Position numbers and translations under genes: made by a program. This document shows, piece after piece, positions 24,917-35,676 of a DNA stretch of 64,000 nucleotides; position 1 is the stretch's first letter; the number at the start of each line of letters is the position of its first letter. The notes under the pieces were generated by a model that worked only from the letters and a program-made list of their open reading frames with translations, was not told the origin of the DNA and did no database searches. Origin of the DNA: Rhynchopus sp. YZ270_cl-10 (taxonomy: Eukaryota); assembly GCA_964035575.1 (NCBI GenBank), contig OZ037835.1, positions 124,001-188,000 of the forward strand, in the 5' to 3' direction.

Positions 24917-26116
24917 TCACATGCACACACATTGACACTTGAGGTTACTTTTGGGATCCGCCTGCCCATGCAAACGGCCATGTACACATTTTGACACAAC
25001 ACTGTTCGATCCGTTGACGTTGATGCTGCTTGTAGTATCTGCTTGTAGAATAATGCAACCTTTTAGGAAGCCTTTCCCAATGTGCTGCACACTCGTCCAT
25101 CCAGACATGTTAAGGGTGGTCAATGTGCTGCAGTCGGAGAGGAAGCACTTTTCAACATCCGTCACATTGCTCCACCCATGCAGGTCAAGTGTGCCCAACG
25201 CACTGCAGTTGAAGAGAAATCCCGCATCAACCCGCCTCACATTGTTCCACCCAGAAATATCTAGTGTGGTTAATGAGGTGCAGTTGGAGAGGAAGTGGCT
25301 CCCGATTAGCTTCACATTATTCCACCCATAAATATCCAGTGCGGTTAACGCCCTGCAGTTGCCGAGAAAGCCCGTCGCAACCCCCGTCACATTGTGCCAC
25401 CCAGAAATATCCAGTGTGGTCAATGAGGTGCAGTTGTGTAGGAAGTGGCTCCCGATTAGCTTCACATTGTTCCACCCAGAAATATACAGTGTGGTTAACG
25501 CACAGCAGTTGTCGAGAAAACCCGTCCCAACCCCGATCACATTGTGCCACCCAGACAAGTCAAGGGTTCGCAATGCGCTGCATGTGGAGAGGAAACAGTT
25601 CCCAACGTGCGTCACATTGTTCCACCCAGATAAATTAGCAGTGTGCAAAGAGGTGCAGTTGTGGAGGAAGTAGTCACCTACTGCAGTCACACCTGACACA
25701 CCACTGAGATCTAGTTCTTCGAACGTGACGCGTATCAAGAATCTAGAGCAGCCCTCTGATTCCAAGAAAGCAGAGGGGATCTCAGTAACAACTTCCGCCT
25801 GCAGAAACGAATGAACCAGCTTGGGATCTGTCAGACTTCTGAACCTCTCTCTTGTCAGTGTCTCACCCAAGTCACGAAGAGCTGCAATGGCGTCGTCCTT
25901 CTGCGACTTTGTCTTCTTCGTCACAACTGTGTCCCCAGCACTCAGCTGCGTGATGTGGTCTTCGGCCATCACCTTCCCTCCGAAGCTAATGTCAAAGACG
26001 TCTTCGCGCAACTCTGCTGCAGACGCCACCTTCCGCCGTATGTCCGCAGTTGTATCATCCACACCCACATCGACTGTGTACTTCTCTCCGTCAAAGCTCT
26101 CCACACATATTTCCAT
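24917..26116 (-). CDS. Ubiquitin-like domain + BspA-like LRR protein (25-aa repeats) with C-terminal CaaX (CVCM), 399 aa
   Basis: MEICVESFDGEKYTVDVGVDDT..FGGK UBL header and ~8 LTTLDISGWNNVxxxGxxFLxNC repeats. Confidence 0.9.
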   Translation of the reverse strand: MEICVESFDGEKYTVDVGVDDTTADIRRKVASAAELREDVFDISFGGKVMAEDHITQLSAGDTVVTKKTKSQKDDAIAALRDLGETLTRERFRSLTDPKLVHSFLQAEVVTEIPSAFLESEGCSRFLIRVTFEELDLSGVSGVTAVGDYFLHNCTSLHTANLSGWNNVTHVGNCFLSTCSALRTLDLSGWHNVIGVGTGFLDNCCALTTLYISGWNNVKLIGSHFLHNCTSLTTLDISGWHNVTGVATGFLGNCRALTALDIYGWNNVKLIGSHFLSNCTSLTTLDISGWNNVRRVDAGFLFNCSALGTLDLHGWSNVTDVEKCFLSDCSTLTTLNMSGWTSVQHIGKGFLKGCIILQADTTSSINVNGSNSVVSKCVHGRLHGQADPKSNLKCQCVCM

Positions 26117-26368
26117 GGTTTTGTGTCTCTCTGTTTCAAGTTTGGGAGGGGTAAGAAGAAAGGTGCTGGTTGCTGTGGCAGAGCGGGTAGTGGCAGATAT
26201 GAACAGATCGAGAATACGTGCAGAACGGGACGGAAGCAAGTAGAAGGCAGACCGCTGTTACCACTGATACGACAGAGATGTACGGCAAAGCGGATATCTG
26301 TGTGTGCAGAACCGTACGTCTGCATGCGCACTGAAGTGGGATGACACCTACGTCTTCTTATGGCGTGC

Positions 26369-26816
26369 TCAGAAGCCTGCTGTCGGTTGTTGTACGTACA
26401 TCCAAAATACTGTGGATGATACAAAAGGTGCATGCATGAAGCATTCACACTGAACAGTATGGGGAAAGGGGTGCGTCAAAAGGCTCCTCAACGAAGTGCA
26501 ACTGTTAGCAGGAAGCTCACCAAAGTGCGTAACATTGCGAAGTGGTGACAAGGTAATGTCGCCACTTCTGCAACCGCCAAGAAAATGCGTACCAATGCGA
26601 GTAACATTGCTGCGTGGTGATAAATCAACAACTGTGAGCTGCTGCACGAGGCAAGAAACCCGCAAACCCGACACCAATGCAGGAACATTGCGGAGGGGTG
26701 ATAAGTCTACTTCTGTCGCCACCTTCCGCCGCAAGTCCTCCGTTGTGTCATCCACACCTCCGACACACCTCGATCATATACGAGTTGTCTGCACAGTCCT
26801 TGATAACTACTTCCAT
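26369..26816 (-). pseudogene. Internally deleted UBL-LRR pseudogene
   Basis: Partial UBL header fused to VDLSPLRNV..IGTHFLGGC repeats, frameshifted. Confidence 0.8.
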
Positions 26817-27373
26817 TTTGTCTTCTATTCTTTGTGTTGCTCTGTTGTGTGGTGGGGTTGTGGGAGTTGGGGCTGTGGTGGGTGAACATGGATAAAGAAC
26901 CTGGCGGAATCAGGTCAGAAGTTGTGAAATGGGAAAATGGGGAGAGGGTGACGTTTGCTGAACACATCTGCATATTATCACGAAAGAAAGTAAATTATCA
27001 GGTGCAAGAACAACAGCAACAACGATGTGCAATAATGAATAAGTGTCGTATACCTAATGAAAGAACAGAACAGAAAACACCAAACACAGTTGTGCTCTCA
27101 CGAACCACCCACAACTGCTTTCAACTCACATACAATACTTAGCGCAGGAAGGGGTTGGCTGAGACAGCAGCGCACCCTGAATACAGCCTGCTTCACAAAA
27201 AGAGGAGAGAAAAAAGGGTTGTTCAGAAGACCAACCCTTACGGAAAACCTGGCATAGAAAAGACCTGGAGGTGTAAAACCCGCCACGTCAGTCGCAACAG
27301 GGCTGACAGTCAACACATGTACATCTGCATCGCACAAACTCGCGCTTCGTGTCAAGAACAAAGCCAACGAACC

Positions 27374-29968
27374 TCAGTACATACACACAGTGTAAGGAGA
27401 ATAAGCCTGCTCCTTCACATGCCCCACAAGCTTTTCATATTGCTGCCGTTGCTCTGCACCTATGCTGTCAAGCACGAAAGCAGCCTGGCCAAACTCCTGT
27501 GCGATGATGTGTGCAAAAGCCTCGTTCCACAGTGCATGAGGGTTGCTTTGTGCTAAGGCTTCCAGCTGGTACATCCACTCCTCGTTTTTCATGTTGACCA
27601 ACCCTTTCACTGCGTACACAACCTGTGCCTTGTCACTCAGCTTCTCGTACAGAACAGCACCTTCACAACGCAGCACCACCTGTCCTTCCACCGCACGTGA
27701 TGTGTTCTGGTCAATGACACCAGGCAGGTCGTTCATTCTGTTCCAACGCTCAAGCACAACCACCCATGACATGGACTGCGAAAGAATTGACACCTTCTTC
27801 ATCCCGTTGCAGCCCATGTTCCCGACACGTGCCTCGCCTGTCGTGCACCCGTACGAGATCTTGTGCGCATCACCAAGTGCCTTTGCTGCATTGTGCGCAG
27901 CCTGCACACAAGAAACACGGTGCGACGCGCTCGGAACAAAGGCGTTGAAGGTGGCAAGCATCTTGTCGCCAGCAAACGTGTCGCACACACCCCTCTGGTG
28001 CTGCACTGCTGCCAGGATCCTCTCAATCACACCACCGTGTGCGGAGAGCACCTCTGCGTCCTTGTGCTTCTGGATGAAGGCGTGCCACGACACGACGTTC
28101 ATGTGTGCCAGCGACACCTTCTTCCTCTTCATCCCGTCCACACGCAGCAGTGCCTTCTGGTTCTGCATCACAGCCTCGGAGGGCGTTTCATCTGAATGCG
28201 AAAACGTACCTGAATTGGATGTCTCCTCCTGAATGGTGTCTGTGTCACACACCTCCTGCTCACTGTCGTTGACAAGCACACTCCGCGGCATGTAGTTCCG
28301 GTACTCCACCAGGTTCGCCACCATGGTAACAAAGCTGCGCTGCATCATCCCCACTTCACTCAGCTGCGACACTGCACGGCCCGTGTCCACAGCCTCCAGG
28401 TCCATCACAGCCACACTTGCCATCTCACTCCCAAGCTTCAGCAGAGGGGACGTGATGTAGCGTGTGAACACAACAGCGATGGCCAGGAGTGCCGTGATCG
28501 CAACGACCGTGACAACCACCATCACAATCACCGCATCCTCCTTCTGTGCGTCTGCAGAGGACAGATCTGATGCCACCTTCGCACGGATTGCATTCGTCGA
28601 CGCATCAATCGTATCCATCACAGACGCCCGAGGCACAAGAAGGGTTGAATACCACAGGATCGTTCTGTGTTCAATTCTCGACGTGATTGTCCAGTACTCC
28701 GTGCCGTTCGAGTCCTTCCACTTCAGGAAGGAGTCCTCTGTCTTCTCCACAAGGTCTCTGTAGTTCTGTGGGTGTGTGAACACAAACCGTCCGTGCTCTG
28801 CAATTACTGAGGGGATGTGCGACGTGGCGTCTTCCATCGAGTGGTTCGTTATGTTGAAGCTAATCGCCATGTCAAGCATGCCCAGTGGGGTTAACGTGGG
28901 CACCGTCCGAAACAGCCGTCCTCTGTTGTACGCCACAACTGTCCCCACTGAGCCCGATGCACGGTCCTCCTCCACCAGGTACAGCGAAGTGTCCGTCGGG
29001 AGCAGCTGTGCACGCACTGCGTCGGTCACCCCGTCCGCAGTCACCGTGGCGCTGACGCAACCCACACGCTTGCCCTGCTTGGGGTACATCGTGTACATAT
29101 CTGGGTGGGTGTAGGTGTAGCTCAGATCCCATATCATCATGTCCCACTGGAGTTGCATCTGTGTGTAGACAAGCGTGTCTGCAGGGTACAGGGGTGGCTC
29201 GTCGGCACCCAGGTAGTACATCTGTCTCCCACGCTGGGAAACTTCCGGGTCGCCCGGAAGCGGTTCACTTGCCGCTAGGGGGTATACACACATCCCATGT
29301 ACCTCACCTTTGCTGTAGTCAGGACTCACAATGCATGGCTCAGAGCTGTACTTGACGTTTCCCATCGGGTCGACTTCCGTGAAGAGCGCCCAGTCACCCA
29401 GTCCATGCGACATCGTTATGTGGTCACGTGTCTCGAACATCGCGAAGATTGTGGTGCCATTCCCCACAGTTTGATTGGCTAAAAACGAGAACTGCGAGCC
29501 CCACCCTGCAAACCCGTCACCCCTCTTCCACGGAACAGGATGTGCCGCACACCACGGGTACGCTTCGTGAGTCATCTGGAAAACCCCAGACGCCAACCCA
29601 GGCACAAAAGCAGACAAGACTGCAGGACGCATTACTGAACCAAAGTCGGGGCTTGTGCTGACGTTTGGGTGGTGTGCCTTCGCCAGGGTGGCCAGCGACA
29701 CCACGAGCTGCTCAGGCACCTTCAGGTACTCCTTCACCGCCGTGTCCACGTTGCCAAGAACGGAGCGCAGGTAGCGTGCCGAGACTGTTTCGATGTCTGT
29801 CGTGCCACTGTCGAGACACATCCCAAAGCCCTCGTCACCTGTGTCACGTGCCTTCTCCAGAAGGTCATCCCATGTTGACAGAGTAAAGCCACCGATGATC
29901 GCACCTGTCGACAGAATCAGCACCACACACAACAGCACTGTCAGCGACTGGATGCCGCATGACACCAT
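27374..29968 (-). CDS. Receptor-type adenylate/guanylate cyclase-like membrane protein, 864 aa
   Basis: N-terminal TM, large extracellular domain, second TM, HAMP-like segment (ITSPLLKL..SEV), EYRNYMP helix and class III cyclase-like domain (GVCDTFAGDKMLATFN, GEARVGNMG). Confidence 0.88.
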   Translation of the reverse strand: MVSCGIQSLTVLLCVVLILSTGAIIGGFTLSTWDDLLEKARDTGDEGFGMCLDSGTTDIETVSARYLRSVLGNVDTAVKEYLKVPEQLVVSLATLAKAHHPNVSTSPDFGSVMRPAVLSAFVPGLASGVFQMTHEAYPWCAAHPVPWKRGDGFAGWGSQFSFLANQTVGNGTTIFAMFETRDHITMSHGLGDWALFTEVDPMGNVKYSSEPCIVSPDYSKGEVHGMCVYPLAASEPLPGDPEVSQRGRQMYYLGADEPPLYPADTLVYTQMQLQWDMMIWDLSYTYTHPDMYTMYPKQGKRVGCVSATVTADGVTDAVRAQLLPTDTSLYLVEEDRASGSVGTVVAYNRGRLFRTVPTLTPLGMLDMAISFNITNHSMEDATSHIPSVIAEHGRFVFTHPQNYRDLVEKTEDSFLKWKDSNGTEYWTITSRIEHRTILWYSTLLVPRASVMDTIDASTNAIRAKVASDLSSADAQKEDAVIVMVVVTVVAITALLAIAVVFTRYITSPLLKLGSEMASVAVMDLEAVDTGRAVSQLSEVGMMQRSFVTMVANLVEYRNYMPRSVLVNDSEQEVCDTDTIQEETSNSGTFSHSDETPSEAVMQNQKALLRVDGMKRKKVSLAHMNVVSWHAFIQKHKDAEVLSAHGGVIERILAAVQHQRGVCDTFAGDKMLATFNAFVPSASHRVSCVQAAHNAAKALGDAHKISYGCTTGEARVGNMGCNGMKKVSILSQSMSWVVVLERWNRMNDLPGVIDQNTSRAVEGQVVLRCEGAVLYEKLSDKAQVVYAVKGLVNMKNEEWMYQLEALAQSNPHALWNEAFAHIIAQEFGQAAFVLDSIGAEQRQQYEKLVGHVKEQAYSPYTVCMY

Positions 29969-30359
29969 TGTGCAGAGGGGAAGAGTGTCCGTCTGGGGAT
30001 GTGTGGTGTGGTTGATATGAGTTCCCGAAGGTAATTCGTGTTAATCAAATCAAGGCCGCACTTACAAGTGTTGCCACAAACTACGCCCCCTGCCTACTGA
30101 CATGGCCCTTAACAATTATATTTTTGCTTTTCTTGTGTTCCTGAATTAAAAAGGGTGATTTTGTTTTTGATTTTGAAAATGCCCAAGTCAAACTTTGCTT
30201 ATTTTTTTTTAAAATGTTGCCAGGTGACATTAATTCTGGGACACACTGTATGAGCCCGGTCACTTATACGTGGGGCCATTTTTGGCCAAAATTTTCTCAA
30301 AATCGGTGAGGAAATCAACGGATAAAGAGGAGGAGGACTCCGGCAAGAAGGGGTGTGTT

Positions 30360-30650
30360 CTGGAAGGGCCGAGAATCCGGAAGTTGTTGATGAAGGTTAC
30401 GGGGAAACGTATCCCCATGAACATCCCGAACACCAGCGCCGCCATGGCCACGCTTTTTGGGCAGAAGCAGAAGAACAACAAACCGAATAAGCTCGACAAA
30501 GTGGACGCGAGACACGTGAACGACCCTGAGCACGAGAAACCGAATGTGTACGCCTTCACTAAGCGCCAGGACGGAAAATGTAAGACGAGCTACGTTGGCA
30601 TCGCACTCCGCGACACTGTGATCAGGGCTCGGGAGAATAAGAAGGAACGC
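30360..30650 (+). mobile_element. Penelope-like retroelement fragment (linker + GIY-YIG endonuclease) within a ~1 kb insertion (30100-31104)
   Basis: RIRKLL..NVYAF..CKTSYVGIALR..IRARE matches the GIY-YIG spacing. The insertion is absent at the paralogous site ~34258. Confidence 0.6.
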
Positions 30651-31535
30651 CCGCAACAGTGTGCGTCAGATCATGATGCAGGGATTGCTGCCCAAGTACA
30701 GGCAGTGCAGCATGCTGAGCATCTACGAAGAGCTTGGCAATGGAGCTGACGACAGTGACGAGGAGGAGGAGGAGGAGGGGGTCCGGAAAGATAAAAAGAC
30801 CAGTCTTAATTCTTTGCTCAAAGTCAAACAAGTATGTGTTGAAGAGAAAAAGCCCCCCCCCCCCATAACCAAAAACAAACCCGATGTGAAGTAAAACGTA
30901 CGGGGGAGGAGAAACACGCCGACTAGGGAATCAAAAAAATTGAAAATCCTGATGACGGAGGTGTTGTGTATTCCCGGTCCCCTTCCAACCTTACCGTAGT
31001 AAGTGGTAGAAAATATCAAAAAGTGAGAGGAATCGTCGCTATTATTTGTATGTCTTTATATCCGAACCCCCCAATCCGCAGCAAAGCTGCTCAAACAAGT
31101 TTGATTGTCATATATTGCCAAGTCTGTGTTTATGGTGGGTCCCAACATGACCAGCTGGAGACCACTAAGAATCTGATGAGTGACTTTTGCTGAACACATC
31201 TGCATATTATGATAAAAGAAGGTAAATGATCAGGTGCAAGAACAACAGCAACAACGATGTCCAATAATGAATAAGTGTCGTATACCTAATGAAAGAACAG
31301 AACAGAAAACACCAAACACAGTTGTGCTCTCACGAACCACCCACAACTGCTTTCAACTCACATACAATACTTAGCGCAGGAAGGGGTTGGCTGAGACAGC
31401 AGCGCACCCTGAATACAGCCTGCTTCACAAAAAGAGGAGAGGAAAAAGGGTTGTTCAGAAGACCAACCCTTACGGAAAACCTGGCATAGAAAAGACCTGG
31501 AGGTGTAAAACCCGCCACGTCAGTCGCAACAGGCC

Positions 31536-34127
31536 TCAGTACATACACACAGTGTAAGGAGCATAAGCCTGCTCCTTCACATGCCACATAAGCTTTTCAT
31601 ATTGCTGCCGTTGCTCTGCACCTATGCTGTCAAGCACGAAAGCAGCCTGGCCAAACTCCTGTGCGATGATGTGTGCAAAAGCCTCGTTCCACAGTGCATG
31701 AGGGTTGCTTTGTGCTAAGGCTTCCAGCTGGTACATCCACTCCTCGTTTTTCATGTTGACCAACCCTTTCACTGCGTACACAACCTGTGCCTTGTCACTC
31801 AGCTTCTCGTACAGCACAGCACCTTCACAACGCAGCACCACCTGTCCTTCCACCGCACGTGATGTGTTCTGGTCAATGACACCAGGCAGGTCGTTCATTC
31901 TGTTCCAACGCTCAAGCACAACCACCCATGACATGGACTGCGAAAGAATCGACACCTTCTTCATCCCGTTGCAACCCATGTTCCCGACACGTGCCTCGCC
32001 TGTCGTGCACCCGTACGAGATCTTGTGCACATCACCAAGTGCCTTTGCTGCATTGTGCGCAGCCTGCACACAAGAAACACGGTGCGACGCGCTCGGAACA
32101 AAGGCGTTGAAGGTCGCAAGCATCTTGTCCCCTGCAAACGTGTCGCATACACCCTTGTTGTGCTGCACTGCTGCCAGGATCCTCTCCATCACACCACCGT
32201 GTGCGGAGAGCACCTCTGCGTCCTTGTGCTTCTGGATGAAGGCGTGCCATGACACGATGTTCATGTGTGCCAGCGACACCTTCTTCCTCTTCATCCCGTC
32301 CACACGCAGCAGTGCCTTCTGGTTCTGCATCACAGCCTCGGAGGGCGTTTCATCTGAATGCGAAAACGTACCTGAATTGGATGTCTCCTCCTGAATGGTG
32401 TCTGTGTCACACACCTCCTGCTCACTGTCGTTGACAAGCACACTCTGCGGCATGTAGTTCCGGTACTCCACCAGGTTCGCCACCATGGTAACAAAGCTGC
32501 GCTGCATCATCCCCACTTCACTCAGCTGCGACACTGCACGGCCCGTGTCCACAGCCTCCAGGTCCATCACAGCCACACTTGCCATCTCACTCCCAAGCTT
32601 CAGCAGAGGGGACGTGATGTAGCGTGTGAACACAACAGCGATGGCCAGGAGTGCCGTGATCGCAACGACCGTGACAACCACCATCACAATCACCGCATCC
32701 TCCTTCTGTGCGTCTGCAGAGGACAGATCTGATGCCACCTTCGCACGGATTGCATTCGTCGACGCATCAATCGTATCCATCACAGACGCCCGAGGCACAA
32801 GAAGGGTTGAATACCACAGGATCGTTCTGTGTTCAATTCTCGACGTGATTGTCCAGTACTCCGTGCCGTTCGAGTCCTTCCACTTCAGGAAGGAGTCCTC
32901 TGTCTTCTCCACAAGGTCTCTGTAGTTCTGTGGGTGTGTGAACACAAACCGTCCGTGCTCTGCAATTACTGAGGGGATGTGCGACGTGGCGTCTTCCATC
33001 GAGTGGTTCGTTATGTTGAAGCTAATCGCCATGTCAATGAGGCCCACATCGGTTAGCGTGGGCACCGTCCAAAGCAGCCGTCCTCTGTTGTACGCCACAA
33101 CTGTCCCCACTGAGCCCGATGCACGGTCCTCCTCCACCAGGTACAGCGAAGTGTCCGTCGGGAGCAGCTGTGCACGCACTGCGTCGGTCACCCCGTCCGC
33201 AGTCACCGTGGCGCTGACGCAACCCACACGCTTGCCCTGCTTGGGGTGCATCGTGTACATATCTGGGTGGGTGTAGGTGTAGCTCAGTTCCCAAAACATG
33301 ACTTCAAACTGGAGTTGCATCCGTGCGTAGACAAGCGTGTCTGCAGGGTTCAGGGGTGGCTCGTCGGCACTCAGGTAGTACATCTGTCTCCCACGCTGGG
33401 CAACTATCGGGTCGTCCGGCCCCGATTCAGTCAACGATTGGGGGAATATGCACATCCCATGTACCTCACCTTTGCTGTAGTCAGGGCTCAGGTTGCATGG
33501 CTCAGAGCTGTACTTGACGTTTCCCAACGAGTCGACTTCCGTGAAGAGCGCCCAGTCACCCAGTCCATGCGACATCGTTATGTGGTCACGTGTCTCGGAC
33601 ACCGTAAAGATTGTGCCATTACCCACATATTGATTAGAAAAAAACGAGAACTGCGAGCCCCACCCTGCAAACCCGTCACCCCTCTTCCACGGAACAGGAT
33701 GTGCCGCACACCACGGGTACGCTTCGTGAGTCATCTGGAAAACCCCAGACGCCAACCCAGGCACAAAAGCAGACAAGACTGCAGGACGCATTACTGAACC
33801 AAAGTCGGGGCTTGTGCTGACGTTTGGGTGGTGTGCCTTCGCCAGGGTGGCCAGCGACACCACGAGCTGCTCAGGCACCTTCAGGTACTCCTTCACCGCC
33901 GTGTCCACGTTGCCAAGAACGGAGCGCAGGTAGCGTGCCGAGACTGTTTCGATATCTGTCGTGCCACTGTCGAGACACATCCCAAAGCCCTCGTCACCTG
34001 TGTCACGTGCCTTCTCCAGAAGGTCATCCCATGTTGACAGAGTAAAGCCACCGATGATCGCACCTGTCGACAGAATCAGCACCACACACAACAGCACTGT
34101 CAGCGACTGGATGCCGCATGACACCAT
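31536..34127 (-). CDS. Receptor-type cyclase-like protein, tandem paralog, 863 aa
   Basis: Same architecture as 27374-29968 and near-identical outside the sensor region. Confidence 0.88.
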   Translation of the reverse strand: MVSCGIQSLTVLLCVVLILSTGAIIGGFTLSTWDDLLEKARDTGDEGFGMCLDSGTTDIETVSARYLRSVLGNVDTAVKEYLKVPEQLVVSLATLAKAHHPNVSTSPDFGSVMRPAVLSAFVPGLASGVFQMTHEAYPWCAAHPVPWKRGDGFAGWGSQFSFFSNQYVGNGTIFTVSETRDHITMSHGLGDWALFTEVDSLGNVKYSSEPCNLSPDYSKGEVHGMCIFPQSLTESGPDDPIVAQRGRQMYYLSADEPPLNPADTLVYARMQLQFEVMFWELSYTYTHPDMYTMHPKQGKRVGCVSATVTADGVTDAVRAQLLPTDTSLYLVEEDRASGSVGTVVAYNRGRLLWTVPTLTDVGLIDMAISFNITNHSMEDATSHIPSVIAEHGRFVFTHPQNYRDLVEKTEDSFLKWKDSNGTEYWTITSRIEHRTILWYSTLLVPRASVMDTIDASTNAIRAKVASDLSSADAQKEDAVIVMVVVTVVAITALLAIAVVFTRYITSPLLKLGSEMASVAVMDLEAVDTGRAVSQLSEVGMMQRSFVTMVANLVEYRNYMPQSVLVNDSEQEVCDTDTIQEETSNSGTFSHSDETPSEAVMQNQKALLRVDGMKRKKVSLAHMNIVSWHAFIQKHKDAEVLSAHGGVMERILAAVQHNKGVCDTFAGDKMLATFNAFVPSASHRVSCVQAAHNAAKALGDVHKISYGCTTGEARVGNMGCNGMKKVSILSQSMSWVVVLERWNRMNDLPGVIDQNTSRAVEGQVVLRCEGAVLYEKLSDKAQVVYAVKGLVNMKNEEWMYQLEALAQSNPHALWNEAFAHIIAQEFGQAAFVLDSIGAEQRQQYEKLMWHVKEQAYAPYTVCMY

Positions 34128-35676
34128 TGTGCAGAGGGGAAGAGTGCCTGTCTGGGGATGTGTGGTGTGGTTGATATGAGTTTCCCGAAGGTAATTCGTG
34201 TTAATCAAATCAAGGCCGCACTTACAAGTGTTGCCACAAACTACGCCCCCTGCCTACTGTCATATATTGCCAAGTCTGTGTTTATGGCGGTATGACGACG
34301 TTTTGTCTGAGATTCCAACATTCGGGAAATCAGTGCGTCTGTGGCCATTTTGAACAGTTTGTGGCACTGAGGAAGTGGCTCGCGTAGGTGTGTACTTTAG
34401 AATTGTTACCGCATCATATCCCACGGGGGGAGGAGCTCAAGTGATCCTTCCCAACTCGCTTAAGAGGAAGTGCGTCACTCACCTGGGTCGATCAACATGC
34501 TTTTGAATCCAAATCCCAACAGTCCGAAGGGCTGTGGGAGCTGCAACAACGTGCAGACCACTAGGACATCAGAACACTGAAGGAGGCAATCGTGGTGGGA
34601 AGAAGGCACGGAGTGCGTGGAGGAAAGCATTGCTGGAGGTCGTGTGAAACAGAAACGTCACCGCACGCGGTTCAGGAAAATCAGTGGAAAGACGCCACGT
34701 TCTAGACTTAGAAAGAGCAGATGTGTGAAGGTAGCGTTCTGAACTGTCTGCTCAGGTGTGTGGTTCACTACGGAAAATGACTCATCAACTCTTGAAAGGT
34801 GTCGGAGGAAGTTGACTCTTGTGAAGGAGCAATCCACCGAAGCACTGAAGAGGCTCGACTTAGCGATCGACAACAAAGTGGAGACGTTTGGTATCGCTGT
34901 GGGACCGCTCGGACACGCGCTCGACCATCTGGAGAGACCACCAAGAATCTGATGGGGGTGGCAAGGAAGAAATGCAGTCGCATGTCCTGTGCAATAAGCT
35001 GGCCCGCAAACCTGACATGCAAAACTAATGAAAGAAGCAATGCACAAAGCCCTAACCTATGGCGTGCTAATAAAGAAGGGCGACCACCTTGTTTGTTACC
35101 CTTCCTGTCCCCATGTACCATCCCCGAATATGCTTTCAAATGACCCAGGTCCGTGATACTGGATAAACAACAGGTCTCACGTACAGTGCACACACCCTGA
35201 AAACGTAACCCCTTCTCTCTAGCACAGACCCCACCTTTGGTAGTTGGTCTGCCCTACTGCCTCTTCTGCACCGTAGCTGAGTGCCACGGTGACAGCTTGT
35301 ACCCACCTGCAAAAGAATGTTGCGCAAGGTCCCTTCTTCTACTAACGTAAAAAAGCGTAAAAACATAACAAAACCACAACACACCACACTGAATAAACAT
35401 CAGAGCACGTGCCTGCAGATCCACAGTTGTTTCACATACAGTGCACACACCCGACAACGCAAAGAAGACAAACATTTCACACAGCCCAAATCTTCATCTT
35501 TGTGATCAAGATCTTGACAATTCCCACAAAAACGTGGACCACATTACAAACCGATGCTACCCTCATCAACATTAAACAAACATTTTACAACTGATGTGTC
35601 CTCACTAAACTGCCACCATGTCTGCTTTCGCTGGAAGAGCGACGTGAGGAAGCCCGTTCTGCAGAACACCTCATCG

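Noticed and set aside
27543..28232. Plus-strand ORFs overlapping the cyclase, LRR and mucin genes
   Set aside because: These are antisense shadows of the real minus-strand genes.
28860..29490. Cyclase paralog variation as a diversity-generating retroelement (TR/VR pair)
   Set aside because: The differences are not restricted to adenines, they include an indel, and there is no RT gene.
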